Sequence record: MZ726793.1
DNA from: Escherichia phage vB_EcoM_ASO2A
Strand: one strand, 5' to 3'
Length of the DNA stretch: 64,000 nucleotides
In this document: piece by piece, positions 23,786 through 32,861 of the stretch
Numbering within the stretch: position 1 is the stretch's first letter
Layout: every line of letters begins with the position of its first letter
Notes under the pieces: model-generated
What the model was told of the DNA's origin: nothing
Databases searched by the model: none
What the model saw: the letters and a program-made list of their open reading frames with translations, nothing else
Program-made: the position numbers and the translations under genes

Positions 23786-24586
23786 TTATTTGTTTAAGTG
23801 GTCTTCGACCATTTTAATGAAACCTTCATTGCTGAAGGCTGTTGCAGCTTTTTCTCGGTAAACAAAAACTCCACGATCTTCATAGAGAAGTGTTTCTTCG
23901 TAATTAACTCCAGGGTTAACTACAACCATTTTTGTCCCGATATTAAGAGCAGGAAAAAGCTCCCAGTTAAAATTGATAACTTGATTAGAGCAACCCACTA
24001 CAATCACCATATCTTGAGCCGTCAAGCCGTCTAAGATGTGGTACATATCGTTATACAATGGGGCAGTCTCCCCAAAGAACACTACATTGGGCTTCACATA
24101 CTTGTAATCATCCACATCGATAGCAGCATAGCCAACATCTTTGATGATTCTATTGTCTACGATCACTTCAGGCAGGAAGCCGTGAACATGTAGAACATCT
24201 TCATGAACAACACCCGCTTGTTCCAGAAGATCATCTACGTTTGTCGTGATGTTGATAACACGATCACAGCCGTACTCTTGAAACCATTCCGCGATCTGGT
24301 AATGCGCAGCGTTAGGAGACACACTATCCATCTCTACGCGACGTTTATTGTAGAAGTCATGAGTTTTACGGTAGAGGTTGTATCCCTCTGCATCTAATCC
24401 ACCAACAGCGCCAGGAACACACTGTTCTTGCTGGTAGCCAGCACGGAAATTGAAAATGTCACACACTTCAGAAAGGTCGTATTCATCCCACAAAGCTTTA
24501 CCACTTTCTGTGTCAGTGCGGAAAGTACGAATACCGCTATCGGCGCTTAAGCCAGCGCCGCTAATCACTATTAATCGTCTTGGCAT
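23786..24586 (-). CDS. SIR2-family NAD-dependent protein (deacetylase/NADase-like), no zinc ribbon (266 aa)
   Basis: SD gaggagg. ISGAGLSADSGIRTFR, TTNVDDL, LHVHG, KPNVVFFGE. No CxxC pairs between the HG and FGE motifs. Confidence 0.8.
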   Translation of the reverse strand: MPRRLIVISGAGLSADSGIRTFRTDTESGKALWDEYDLSEVCDIFNFRAGYQQEQCVPGAVGGLDAEGYNLYRKTHDFYNKRRVEMDSVSPNAAHYQIAEWFQEYGCDRVINITTNVDDLLEQAGVVHEDVLHVHGFLPEVIVDNRIIKDVGYAAIDVDDYKYVKPNVVFFGETAPLYNDMYHILDGLTAQDMVIVVGCSNQVINFNWELFPALNIGTKMVVVNPGVNYEETLLYEDRGVFVYREKAATAFSNEGFIKMVEDHLNK

Positions 24587-25056
24587 TCTTCCTCCTCAAA
24601 TGGATCATAAGAATCGTACTCGTAAGTATCATCTTCTGAAAATTCTACTTCGAAATAAATATCAAACTCTGCAAACAGACGTAGGATGTTAGACATGCTG
24701 TAATAATTATCGTAGGCAGATTCAGCTTCATAGTAAACATAAAGCAAATGGTTAGCCTTATCATCTTCCAAATATTTCCCGTCTGCATACGCATAGTCTG
24801 CATATGCTTTACCTGCATCTTCCACAAGAGAACGATCAAGCAGAGTAGGAAATGGTTTCTCTTTTTCTTTTAGTTTGCTCACCAACCAATGTGCAATATC
24901 ATTCCATTCTGCATCCATACCACTAAAGCAACTTGCTTCTTCTCCAAAAGAAGCTTCTCCTAAATCGCCACTAATACGAACAACATTAGATGAACTATAG
25001 CCACACGTTTCACAATCAGAGTAACTATTATGCACATTGACATTTACTTGAAACAT
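24571..25056 (-). CDS. hypothetical acidic protein (161 aa)
   Basis: SD taggaggg. Confidence 0.6.
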   Translation of the reverse strand: MFQVNVNVHNSYSDCETCGYSSSNVVRISGDLGEASFGEEASCFSGMDAEWNDIAHWLVSKLKEKEKPFPTLLDRSLVEDAGKAYADYAYADGKYLEDDKANHLLYVYYEAESAYDNYYSMSNILRLFAEFDIYFEVEFSEDDTYEYDSYDPFEEEECQDD

Positions 25057-25072
25057 ATTCCCTCCTATAAAA

Positions 25073-25097
25073 GAAAAGCCCCCTGAAACAGGAGGCT
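25073..25097 (-). terminator. Rho-independent terminator
   Basis: minus strand AGCCTCCTgtttcAGGGGGCT + tttctttt. Confidence 0.55.
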
Positions 25098-25114
25098 TTG
25101 TTCAGATATCGGCA

Positions 25115-25768
25115 CTATACCAGACTTTGAAGGTATTTGTCAAGTGCTTCTTGATCACCTTGACAAACATAGCAACGGAAGTCTTGAGCAGAAGGTTCTT
25201 TGTCCTCGTCCCAATCCCAATAGACAGTACCTTTATAGCGTGAGCCTGGGAACTCGAAGTATGCCACATGAGTAATATGGTGTGGGCCACCCCAAAACTC
25301 TGTAAAAGTAAATTGAGGATACGCTGCTTTAACTGTATTTTCAAACCAAGTTTTACGATCTAATGCTTCGTTTATAAAATAAGCATGGCGTTCCATTTCA
25401 TCCCACGTTTTCCAGACACTTCTCTCATCAGGAGAAAAGACAAGCCATTCTGGAAGGTAGAGAGTGTCATAGTAATCATCATATTCGATCTCGGAGACGC
25501 ACGAAGCTGACTCCTCCAGTTTTGAGTAATCAAAAGCAGAATATACCCACCAACCATCTTCCAGTAACGCTTTGATAGGGACGAAGCCTTTATCAGCATA
25601 TTGATCGAATTGTTTGACACGGTGGCTTGTGCAGTCTTCAAACTCACATTCTAAACGATATGCACCTTTTCGACGAGCCTCAAGACCGTGTGCACTGAAA
25701 ATAACAACACTTCCTTCACCATCATTACGATCTACTTGATAAGCAACTACTTGTTTTGAATTTGACAT
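25115..25768 (-). CDS. hypothetical protein (217 aa)
   Basis: SD taaggag, TAATG overlap. Confidence 0.65.
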   Translation of the reverse strand: MSNSKQVVAYQVDRNDGEGSVVIFSAHGLEARRKGAYRLECEFEDCTSHRVKQFDQYADKGFVPIKALLEDGWWVYSAFDYSKLEESASCVSEIEYDDYYDTLYLPEWLVFSPDERSVWKTWDEMERHAYFINEALDRKTWFENTVKAAYPQFTFTEFWGGPHHITHVAYFEFPGSRYKGTVYWDWDEDKEPSAQDFRCYVCQGDQEALDKYLQSLV

Positions 25769-26451
25769 TATTTCTCCTTATCTAGAAGATTGTTAGACAA
25801 AAACACTGCACGAGCAAAACCACGTGCGGTTAAGGATCTAAGTTGTTTTGTTTTTGCACTAGCTCCACCTAAGCTTTTCCAACCCCAGAAGCAGCCTATA
25901 TGATCTACTGGTTTCTTCACTGGTTGAACAAAACCATTGCCGTGCCAAATACAAGTTTTCTTTGTATACCCATCACGGGTAGGCATTTTAGGATGAAAGC
26001 TTCCTTCCTCTTCAAACAAATACCCACCATACTCATAAGGATCAAAGTAAAAATCGGGTTTACGCCATAAGGTTGAAAGTTTACCTACTGGGTTCTCAAT
26101 CATCCAAGGAACATTATATTTGTTACCCAAAGCTTCCACTACACGAATATTAGCTAAAGCTTCATCTAGTTCCTCTGTGCTACGTTCGTGTTTGCTACCA
26201 CTACCTGCTAACATAGTGCAAGGTGGAAATCCAAAAATAATATCGGGTTTAGGTATCCCATGATCTTCAGGGTTGAATGTAGAATCTATCCAGGCATTCA
26301 CATAGGTTATGTTTGGGTGCTCCATCCTAACCTCGTATTTACCGTGATCCCCTTCATCAGCGTTTACACAAAAACACTTGTGACCTGCTTCGGCATAACG
26401 TAACACCATAATCCCAGATCCGTCAAACATAGACAAAACTGTTTTACTCAT
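25768..26451 (-). CDS. cytosine-C5 methyltransferase-like protein (227 aa)
   Basis: SD ggagggg then ATG 26451. SMFDGSG (motif I-like), GFPPCT (PC motif), IENPVG (ENV-like). Shorter than canonical Dcm enzymes. Confidence 0.5.
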   Translation of the reverse strand: MSKTVLSMFDGSGIMVLRYAEAGHKCFCVNADEGDHGKYEVRMEHPNITYVNAWIDSTFNPEDHGIPKPDIIFGFPPCTMLAGSGSKHERSTEELDEALANIRVVEALGNKYNVPWMIENPVGKLSTLWRKPDFYFDPYEYGGYLFEEEGSFHPKMPTRDGYTKKTCIWHGNGFVQPVKKPVDHIGCFWGWKSLGGASAKTKQLRSLTARGFARAVFLSNNLLDKEK

Positions 26452-26839
26452 TACCCCTCCATTCAAGACAAGCCATAACTTTACGCCAATCACTTTCTGT
26501 AAGAAAAATCTCGTTTGCTTTCTTCCACAAATCTAAATCGTGAAGGGTTGGAATACGATATGTTAGTTCACAGAATCTATGCTCTTCTTCTGTAATATAA
26601 CCAAAATGCAGAGCCACATCGTGAAACCAACACCAACCATGCATCTCTCGAACAACATGGTCATGCTGAGACATTGTTTTATGCCGTAAACCTAACCAAC
26701 AAGGAACAGATACTTTAGTAGTCTTTAATCTGTGATCAACAGTATTAGAGTATTCAATAATAGCTGTCAGTTTCAATCGTGCTTTTTCTAAATCCTCATG
26801 GGTCACTTTGAAATAACTTTCTGAAAGATATCCACACAT
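26444..26839 (-). CDS. hypothetical protein (131 aa)
   Basis: SD aaggagg then ATG 26839 (track start is TTG 26857). Confidence 0.6.
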   Translation of the reverse strand: MCGYLSESYFKVTHEDLEKARLKLTAIIEYSNTVDHRLKTTKVSVPCWLGLRHKTMSQHDHVVREMHGWCWFHDVALHFGYITEEEHRFCELTYRIPTLHDLDLWKKANEIFLTESDWRKVMACLEWRGNE

Positions 26840-26840
26840 A

Positions 26841-27782
26841 TTAATAACCTCCTTCAAAAGGCTTAACTACATGTTGATTAGCTTTAAAACGTTCAACATA
26901 GTCGTTTTCGCCCATGTTTTCATATAGCTTAGTAACAACATAAAAGTTTTCCCAAGCATATTCCCTAAACCAACCACTAGTGATGGATGTGCAGACTTTA
27001 GATAAAGCCATTATAAAACTTTGCTTAGGGGTTGGACCTCCGATCTCTTCACCGAAAGGAATTTGTGAACGTTCCAAAGCCAAAACACACGCTTCTTCAT
27101 AAACACCTAACAGGCGCACATGTTTTGGTTGAGCAAAAAACTTTTCTTTGCTGGTCATAACTTCACTTCCATCTTTCATATAAGATTTATATGCTGGAGC
27201 ATCCATTAACGCGATTGCTTCATGGATAGAATCATGATCATAAACATAGGGAACCTCGTCACCTTTAAAGAAGTCTTTACTTTTTACGTTTAAGTTCGGA
27301 TGAGAGTAAGTGTATGTTTCTTTCTCACGTAACTCATAAATACTCTTAAGATTTTCTGGGATCTTTGCGCCCAGTGACCGCATGAAATGAATATCTTTCA
27401 TAGTTTTAAAGAAGTGAGGACTATCCTTTTTAAAACGATGACTCATTTTAAGAAGGTAGAGCACATCTAAAGGAGCAACAACATGTCCAGCGTAAGTTCG
27501 ACGAACATCATCAGAATCTTCACAATAACTAATCAAAGCTTCTGTGCTATCTCCTTGAGAAGCAATATCATATTCCAAATGTGCACCAGCTATCATTTTG
27601 ACGTGGCCTTTGTTCCTTTTACGTTCTACAAGTTCAACAAACTCGTCTTGAGAGAACATTTTTGATAATTCTTCCCACTCTTGTTCTGTACACAGGTAAT
27701 CTAAATCTACACAAGGGCGATACAAGTCTTTTCCCATGTCCATAGCATGAATTTGTAATGCACGGCTACCAATTAACACCAT
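26841..27782 (-). CDS. hypothetical protein (313 aa)
   Basis: SD agaggag; the N-terminal IGSRAL...DLDY faintly resembles a Pol-beta nucleotidyltransferase signature (weak). Confidence 0.65.
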   Translation of the reverse strand: MVLIGSRALQIHAMDMGKDLYRPCVDLDYLCTEQEWEELSKMFSQDEFVELVERKRNKGHVKMIAGAHLEYDIASQGDSTEALISYCEDSDDVRRTYAGHVVAPLDVLYLLKMSHRFKKDSPHFFKTMKDIHFMRSLGAKIPENLKSIYELREKETYTYSHPNLNVKSKDFFKGDEVPYVYDHDSIHEAIALMDAPAYKSYMKDGSEVMTSKEKFFAQPKHVRLLGVYEEACVLALERSQIPFGEEIGGPTPKQSFIMALSKVCTSITSGWFREYAWENFYVVTKLYENMGENDYVERFKANQHVVKPFEGGY

Positions 27783-27812
27783 AATATTTCTCCTCTATTG
27801 GTTGATAGGTTA

Positions 27813-27841
27813 AGTTTATCAAGCTTCCAGATTCCTGTCAA
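27813..27841 (-). promoter_or_regulatory. sigma70-type promoter
   Basis: minus strand TTGACA (27841-27836), 17 nt, TAAACT (27818-27813). Confidence 0.5.
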
Positions 27842-27864
27842 TAAAAAACCCGCCGAAGCGGGTT
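27842..27864 (-). terminator. Rho-independent terminator
   Basis: minus strand ACCCGCttcgGCGGGT + tttttt. Confidence 0.7.
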
Positions 27865-27872
27865 ATTATTTA

Positions 27873-28145
27873 CTAACACATTGAGGAAGAAGAGATCCAA
27901 ACACCTCTTGTGGTTAAACCATTTTCATCCAACTCTACACCATAATCTTCACAAATGAAATCAATATAGTGATCTGCGGCTGGCGTTCCTGTAGGGTAAT
28001 AAGTTTCTCCGTTACCGTAGTCACCTATCCAAGCTTGTTCCTGAAACTGTTCACAGAGTTCTTCAATTTCCTTACGAAACTTTCTTTGTGCTTGTTCCAT
28101 CTCTTTAACTTTCTTTTTTATCAGCAGTTCGCCTTCAGACTCCAC
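27873..28145 (-). CDS. small acidic protein ending ..GVWISSSSMC (W-x-S-S-x-C family, copy 1)
   Basis: SD aaggagag then GTG. Confidence 0.55.
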   Translation of the reverse strand: MESEGELLIKKKVKEMEQAQRKFRKEIEELCEQFQEQAWIGDYGNGETYYPTGTPAADHYIDFICEDYGVELDENGLTTRGVWISSSSMC

Positions 28146-28154
28146 AATCTCTCC

Positions 28155-28373
28155 TTAACAGCTACTACTGTGCCAAACGCCTTGAGAATTAACGACGAAA
28201 CCATCATCACCTTCACCATAACAAGAAGAGGATTGCCAATCTTCAAAACAGATTGCGTCATCTTCTAAGCTAAGACCAAAACCAGCATCTTCGGCTTCTT
28301 TTGTAAGTTCGTCCACTAAAGCCATAATAGCTTGGGCTTTTTCAGTTAATTCTTCAATGTTACGATAACTCAT
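28155..28373 (-). CDS. small acidic protein ending ..GVWHSSSC with internal DWQSSSC (family copy 2)
   Basis: SD agaggag then ATG 28373. Confidence 0.55.
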   Translation of the reverse strand: MSYRNIEELTEKAQAIMALVDELTKEAEDAGFGLSLEDDAICFEDWQSSSCYGEGDDGFVVNSQGVWHSSSC

Positions 28374-28642
28374 TAGTATTTCTCCTCTGGTTGGAAAACG
28401 GAACGACAGGCCCACATAGAAGCTTCTTTCAACTTAGTCTTTGCTATTGAAATTTGGTCAAGGCGGGTGGATATATTGGTAGACTCTTCCAAATCTTCAC
28501 AATCATCCAGTTCAGCCCACAATTCAGACATTAGAGCATCAAAGATTAATCCTAATCGAACTTCAGCATCTTTAATAGCATTCACTTTACCAATTTTGTC
28601 ATCGGTATGCGGTTTATAACCTTTGATATCTTCGATTCCCAC
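28373..28642 (-). CDS. hypothetical protein (89 aa)
   Basis: SD taggagg then GTG 28642. Confidence 0.5.
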   Translation of the reverse strand: MGIEDIKGYKPHTDDKIGKVNAIKDAEVRLGLIFDALMSELWAELDDCEDLEESTNISTRLDQISIAKTKLKEASMWACRSVFQPEEKY

Positions 28643-28653
28643 TTTACCTCCTA

Positions 28654-28851
28654 TTAACAACTTAAAGAAGATGGATGCCAATTTGTTCCAGTATTCTCAT
28701 TTTCATCTTCTGGATCATAATAACCACCCATCCCATATTCAGGAGAGAAACTGAAACCTTCACCAGTCTCGTCTGCTAACTGTTCTGCTTCCGCTAAAGC
28801 CTCATAAGCTGCTTTTACGGCTTCTTCTACTGTTTTAAACTTGGTCGTCAT
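28654..28851 (-). CDS. small acidic protein ending ..NWHPSSLSC (family copy 3)
   Basis: SD agaggag. Confidence 0.55.
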   Translation of the reverse strand: MTTKFKTVEEAVKAAYEALAEAEQLADETGEGFSFSPEYGMGGYYDPEDENENTGTNWHPSSLSC

Positions 28852-29125
28852 AAAATTTCTCCTCTCCTAAAGACATGTTGACATGAAATGCGCGGTATGT
28901 AAATTCGTTGTCCGTTGTGTTAGAATAAAACTCAAATTGAACAACACCGTCTTGAGAAGACAAATACATGCCAATTTGAACTGTTCCTTCTGGTACCAGG
29001 TAAGCATACTCTGGACGTAGTGTTACATTGTAAAAATAAAGTTCCCCAACACCCATTTCATCCCAAGCTTCCCAAGCGGTAACGAAGTTACTTTCAAAAC
29101 TTGTTACTGATCCGAACTCTGCCAT
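28835..29125 (-). CDS. hypothetical protein (96 aa)
   Basis: SD tgaggagg. Confidence 0.6.
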   Translation of the reverse strand: MAEFGSVTSFESNFVTAWEAWDEMGVGELYFYNVTLRPEYAYLVPEGTVQIGMYLSSQDGVVQFEFYSNTTDNEFTYRAFHVNMSLGEEKFYDDQV

Positions 29126-29616
29126 AAAACCTCCTCAATCTTGTAGTTTGACTCCATCTCCAACACATTTCCACGAACATCTCTCCGAAGAAAGGCATAA
29201 GCTTTATTAGGTATTGTAGACTCATATTTAACCATATCTGGCACAGCAAAAGATACTACTACTCCTGCTGGGCTTCTGTCAAGAGCCTTATTAATATTTC
29301 TAAGGATATCGTTAGCCAAGATTTCTGCCAATTCTCCAAGAACAGTTTCGGTTATATCTTTATATCCCATTAAATATTTGTTGATATCTTTCATCTCTGT
29401 ATTGTTCAGAGTATAGTCTAAAGGATAAAAATTCAAAGAGGAGTCACTTTTATGTGTCCACATGAAATGCACCCGATCCGAGCAGAATCGTAACCCTCTA
29501 CGAAGAATATCTTCTACAACAGGGAGAATTTCTTTTGTCACATCATTAACCATGTTGTAATCTAAGATTTCTGCCAAGTTTGTTCTTTGTTCACCACGTT
29601 TACGTCTAGGAATCAC
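29104..29616 (-). CDS. hypothetical protein (170 aa)
   Basis: GTG start after gaggg; start uncertain. Confidence 0.5.
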   Translation of the reverse strand: MIPRRKRGEQRTNLAEILDYNMVNDVTKEILPVVEDILRRGLRFCSDRVHFMWTHKSDSSLNFYPLDYTLNNTEMKDINKYLMGYKDITETVLGELAEILANDILRNINKALDRSPAGVVVSFAVPDMVKYESTIPNKAYAFLRRDVRGNVLEMESNYKIEEVLWQSSDQ

Positions 29617-30187
29617 TTGTTATTGCCCTCATTACCAAAGGTCGTAGAAAATCGTAAATCTCTTGTTTTGTTTTCCCACGAATGTTTAAACAAGGAACAT
29701 TATTGGCTTTAGCTATCTTCCAAGCCGTAGCTGTTCCACCTTTTGCATCTCCATGTTTATCAGTATTAGTACAAGCCAACAAGAAACATGATGGAGCAGG
29801 ATTCTCCAAATCTCTGCCTAACACTTGATGCACATTACGTTGGTGCAATTTTCTAGCACCCTGCTTAAGCTTTTCATAAGCTGGGTGAACATCTTTGATC
29901 CATTGCACAGAGATAGCATAGTTCATTGTATCTGGTTTTGCAAGAACAATAACATCACCTGGAATCTGATTACCTTTGAAATTTTCCCAAGGAACATAAA
30001 TTTCCTTGTTAGTAGGATTTTCAGACTCTTGGACACCTGTTTCAAAAGCAGAATCACTACCCTCTGCCTTACCAGACCGTAATTTAAACCCAAGGTTTGA
30101 AAGCCATTTCCCTATGCCTACCATCAAAGCCCACTCTTCTTCAGATATGTCCCTACTTCCAACTCCCGTATAGAACAGTTCTGCCAT
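29606..30187 (-). CDS. Rossmann-fold SLOG/DprA-like nucleotide-binding protein (193 aa)
   Basis: SD gaggtg then ATG 30187; FYTGVGSR ... SGKAEGSDSAF pattern. Confidence 0.4.
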   Translation of the reverse strand: MAELFYTGVGSRDISEEEWALMVGIGKWLSNLGFKLRSGKAEGSDSAFETGVQESENPTNKEIYVPWENFKGNQIPGDVIVLAKPDTMNYAISVQWIKDVHPAYEKLKQGARKLHQRNVHQVLGRDLENPAPSCFLLACTNTDKHGDAKGGTATAWKIAKANNVPCLNIRGKTKQEIYDFLRPLVMRAITSDS

Positions 30188-30194
30188 AATCACC

Positions 30195-30503
30195 TCAACA
30201 AGTAATTTCAAAAGGTGTATAGGGTTCCGTATTTCTCATAATCCAAGGACTGCTAGGATTGCTCGGATCATAAGGACCAAAAGGTTTTATGGTAGGTTGT
30301 GTTTCTTTCTTCTGAATCTCTTCAAAAATACGACGAAGTTCAGAATATTCTTGATCCACCATAAGATTCGGTGCATCTGATTCTACAGTTTGCAGGTTAT
30401 CTTCCTTAAGAACAATCTCACGAACAAGATTAACATCTTCTGTTTCTAAGATAACTTCTTTACGGATATTACCTACACTTTGAATAATTGTAATTTTATA
30501 CAT
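30195..30503 (-). CDS. hypothetical protein (102 aa)
   Basis: SD tgaggagg, TAATG overlap. Confidence 0.6.
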   Translation of the reverse strand: MYKITIIQSVGNIRKEVILETEDVNLVREIVLKEDNLQTVESDAPNLMVDQEYSELRRIFEEIQKKETQPTIKPFGPYDPSNPSSPWIMRNTEPYTPFEITC

Positions 30504-31246
30504 TAATCCTCCTCAAGAGTTGAATAAAATTGAAGACCACCATCCATATCGAAATAAGCAAATGTTAAGTTATTATTGAACACAGATCCAGTATCCATAT
30601 AAACACGATTCGCATTGATAATAGGTGTTTTTACATAAGAGTGTCCATGAAACACATAATCCACACCCATCACAACAGGAAGTTTCATTCCCTCTTTAGC
30701 ACAGTCTACCATATCTCTGTCCCACATAAGTGCTTCAGCAAAACGGTTTTCCTGTGTTTTTGTCATCTTCGAAATGTATTCTGGAAGATCTGTTACAGGG
30801 AGATATTCCAAAGAAGATGGATACCCACCATGAATAAACGCAAGTTTCATGCCTCTGTAGTTAACAATGAGAACAACAGGTAAATCTTCTGTCATCATTG
30901 CTAAGGCTGTAGCTCCTTCTTCACCACATTCTTCAAATACCGTATATCCTCCATTTTGATACCAACACTCGTAGTAGCTACGATCTCCTTCCAGCATACC
31001 TTTAATCATCATGTCTTCATGATTGCCACGAATAGCGTAGCGATTGTGTTTACGAGTAAATTCTAAAACACAACGAAAGTTTTGCTTTCCACGATCAGTA
31101 AGATCTCCTAAAGATACAACTACATCTGTATCTCGGATACCTAACTTTGCCTTTCCTTTTTCATACAGATTATAACAACCATGTAGATCTCCAATTATAA
31201 AAAGGTCTTGATCGCTTTTAACAGTAATTTCTCTATGTATGATCAC
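30503..31246 (-). CDS. Ser/Thr protein phosphatase (lambda PPase-type metallophosphoesterase)
   Basis: GDLHGC, GDLTDRG, RGNHE, HGG, GH motifs; SD gaggagg then GTG. Confidence 0.9.
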   Translation of the reverse strand: MIIHREITVKSDQDLFIIGDLHGCYNLYEKGKAKLGIRDTDVVVSLGDLTDRGKQNFRCVLEFTRKHNRYAIRGNHEDMMIKGMLEGDRSYYECWYQNGGYTVFEECGEEGATALAMMTEDLPVVLIVNYRGMKLAFIHGGYPSSLEYLPVTDLPEYISKMTKTQENRFAEALMWDRDMVDCAKEGMKLPVVMGVDYVFHGHSYVKTPIINANRVYMDTGSVFNNNLTFAYFDMDGGLQFYSTLEED

Positions 31247-31572
31247 TTATCCTCCTCAAAATCTAAGAAAATAAAAATATTCACCTTTCCTTCAATCTCT
31301 TGTTCTAAAACAAGATCGGCAAATTCTGCATAAGCTTTCTCTTCAACTTTTTCAATATGCTCTGCGGCATCTTTAAAAGGCGTATCCCCATCCACCTTTA
31401 CTAATAAGAAAAGAGATCGCATTTCTACGCTTTTACTGTTACGAGGAAGGAAATCTACAGCTTCAACAATTCTCCAACCCAAATAGCCAGGGGTTTTATG
31501 AATCTCTCCTAAATACTTTTCTAAGATTTTACGACCCTCGTCGATAAGGGCTTGTTCTGTAGTAATTTCCAT
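31243..31572 (-). CDS. hypothetical protein (109 aa)
   Basis: SD tgaggagg. Confidence 0.6.
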   Translation of the reverse strand: MEITTEQALIDEGRKILEKYLGEIHKTPGYLGWRIVEAVDFLPRNSKSVEMRSLFLLVKVDGDTPFKDAAEHIEKVEEKAYAEFADLVLEQEIEGKVNIFIFLDFEEDK

Positions 31573-31582
31573 TCCTTCCTCC

Positions 31583-32155
31583 TCAAATTATTAACGAAAC
31601 CGCATGACTAAATCTTGGTTCAGATATAACCTCTGCTACAGTAACATATGTATCGTGCAGCCAAAAAGATTCTACTCTACAAACACAAATACCGTTGATA
31701 ATGAAATCTACACAGGCTTTATTATTTTCGCACACTTGTTGACTATAAACAACCCCTAAAGAGTCATAAAGTGATCTCACTGTTGCTACCATTTCATCTG
31801 TTTCGTCTTCCTGTGAAACAAAGAAAACGAATACAGACAAGTTATTAGCGAAAGTATTGCTATTCTCTACTTCAACCGACTTACAAGGTAAAAAGGAGTA
31901 ATATTTACCATTAGGTATCAATTTCGCCTCAACCTGGTTAAGTATGCTTTGAGATGGTTTTGTTACATAAAAAAGATTTTCTGTTGGGTTTTCAACATTA
32001 CTCCTTACTATGCAACGAGTGGGGTTCGAAGGATCAAAAACATGATCGAAATCGACACACACAGGTAAGTTAACAACTTTAAACTTTTTGCTAAGAATGC
32101 TTACTGCTGTAAAAATCAAACCAGCATTTATTTTGCCAGTGAAAGTTGAACGCAT
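31583..32155 (-). CDS. hypothetical protein (190 aa)
   Basis: SD gaggag then ATG 32155; alternative ATGA-coupled start at 32173. Confidence 0.55.
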   Translation of the reverse strand: MRSTFTGKINAGLIFTAVSILSKKFKVVNLPVCVDFDHVFDPSNPTRCIVRSNVENPTENLFYVTKPSQSILNQVEAKLIPNGKYYSFLPCKSVEVENSNTFANNLSVFVFFVSQEDETDEMVATVRSLYDSLGVVYSQQVCENNKACVDFIINGICVCRVESFWLHDTYVTVAEVISEPRFSHAVSLII

Positions 32156-32169
32156 AACTACTCCTCGGA

Positions 32170-32364
32170 TCATTCTACCAAAGAGAATTCCGCCTCTTCC
32201 AGGTAGATTACAGACCTTGTTGCATGATATTTAACGCTCCAGAAATTACCTTCGCGCCGTAAAAGTATCTCATTCACATCAAGATTGCTTAGAAAAACCA
32301 TATAACTTAAAGCTTGTTGACGCGTTGAGAATTGTTTCTCTAAAAGTTCTTCTCCGCTCTGCAT
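32170..32364 (-). CDS. hypothetical protein (64 aa)
   Basis: SD taaggaggg. Confidence 0.55.
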   Translation of the reverse strand: MQSGEELLEKQFSTRQQALSYMVFLSNLDVNEILLRREGNFWSVKYHATRSVIYLEEAEFSLVE

Positions 32365-32375
32365 AATCCCTCCTT

Positions 32376-32402
32376 AAAATACTCCCTCCGAAAAGGGAGT
32401 AT
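32376..32402 (-). terminator. hairpin terminator
   Basis: minus strand TACTCCCTtttcggAGGGAGTA + tttt. Confidence 0.5.
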
Positions 32403-32409
32403 AAGTATA

Positions 32410-32613
32410 TCACGTAGTTGTTATGTTGTCTTCTTGGATTCTAGAATCCACTTCTGCAAACATATCTTCTGCACTGTAATTATTTCCAGTCCAGCGTGAT
32501 AAAAGGATAGCACCAATCTCTTTTGCATGAGATTCGGACTCCGCATAAACGTTAGTCCCAGTGTCACCTTTTTTCTTTTCATGTGCATAAATGCAGTAAT
32601 AATTGTAAGCCAT
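32410..32613 (-). CDS. hypothetical protein (67 aa)
   Basis: TAATG overlap. Confidence 0.5.
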   Translation of the reverse strand: MAYNYYCIYAHEKKKGDTGTNVYAESESHAKEIGAILLSRWTGNNYSAEDMFAEVDSRIQEDNITTT

Positions 32614-32849
32614 TAGTCTTCCCAGTCATTGCCCTCGGTAGAGTGAACCAAAGCTCGCACGATACCGCCGTAATCTACTGCCTGATTTGCAGCATGTTCG
32701 GCATAAACTTCAATGGCTTTTTTGAAGAAAAGAGCAGTAGCTGCTTCAATATTATCCATTTCGCCATCTACGTCAGTAGAAAGTGAAAGGTTGAGGCTTT
32801 CATCTACTTCATCAAAATCAATAGCCACTGTCATAATTAGTTTACCCAT
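32613..32849 (-). CDS. hypothetical acidic protein (78 aa)
   Basis: SD taaggag. Confidence 0.55.
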   Translation of the reverse strand: MGKLIMTVAIDFDEVDESLNLSLSTDVDGEMDNIEAATALFFKKAIEVYAEHAANQAVDYGGIVRALVHSTEGNDWED

Positions 32850-32861
32850 AGTTCACACTCC

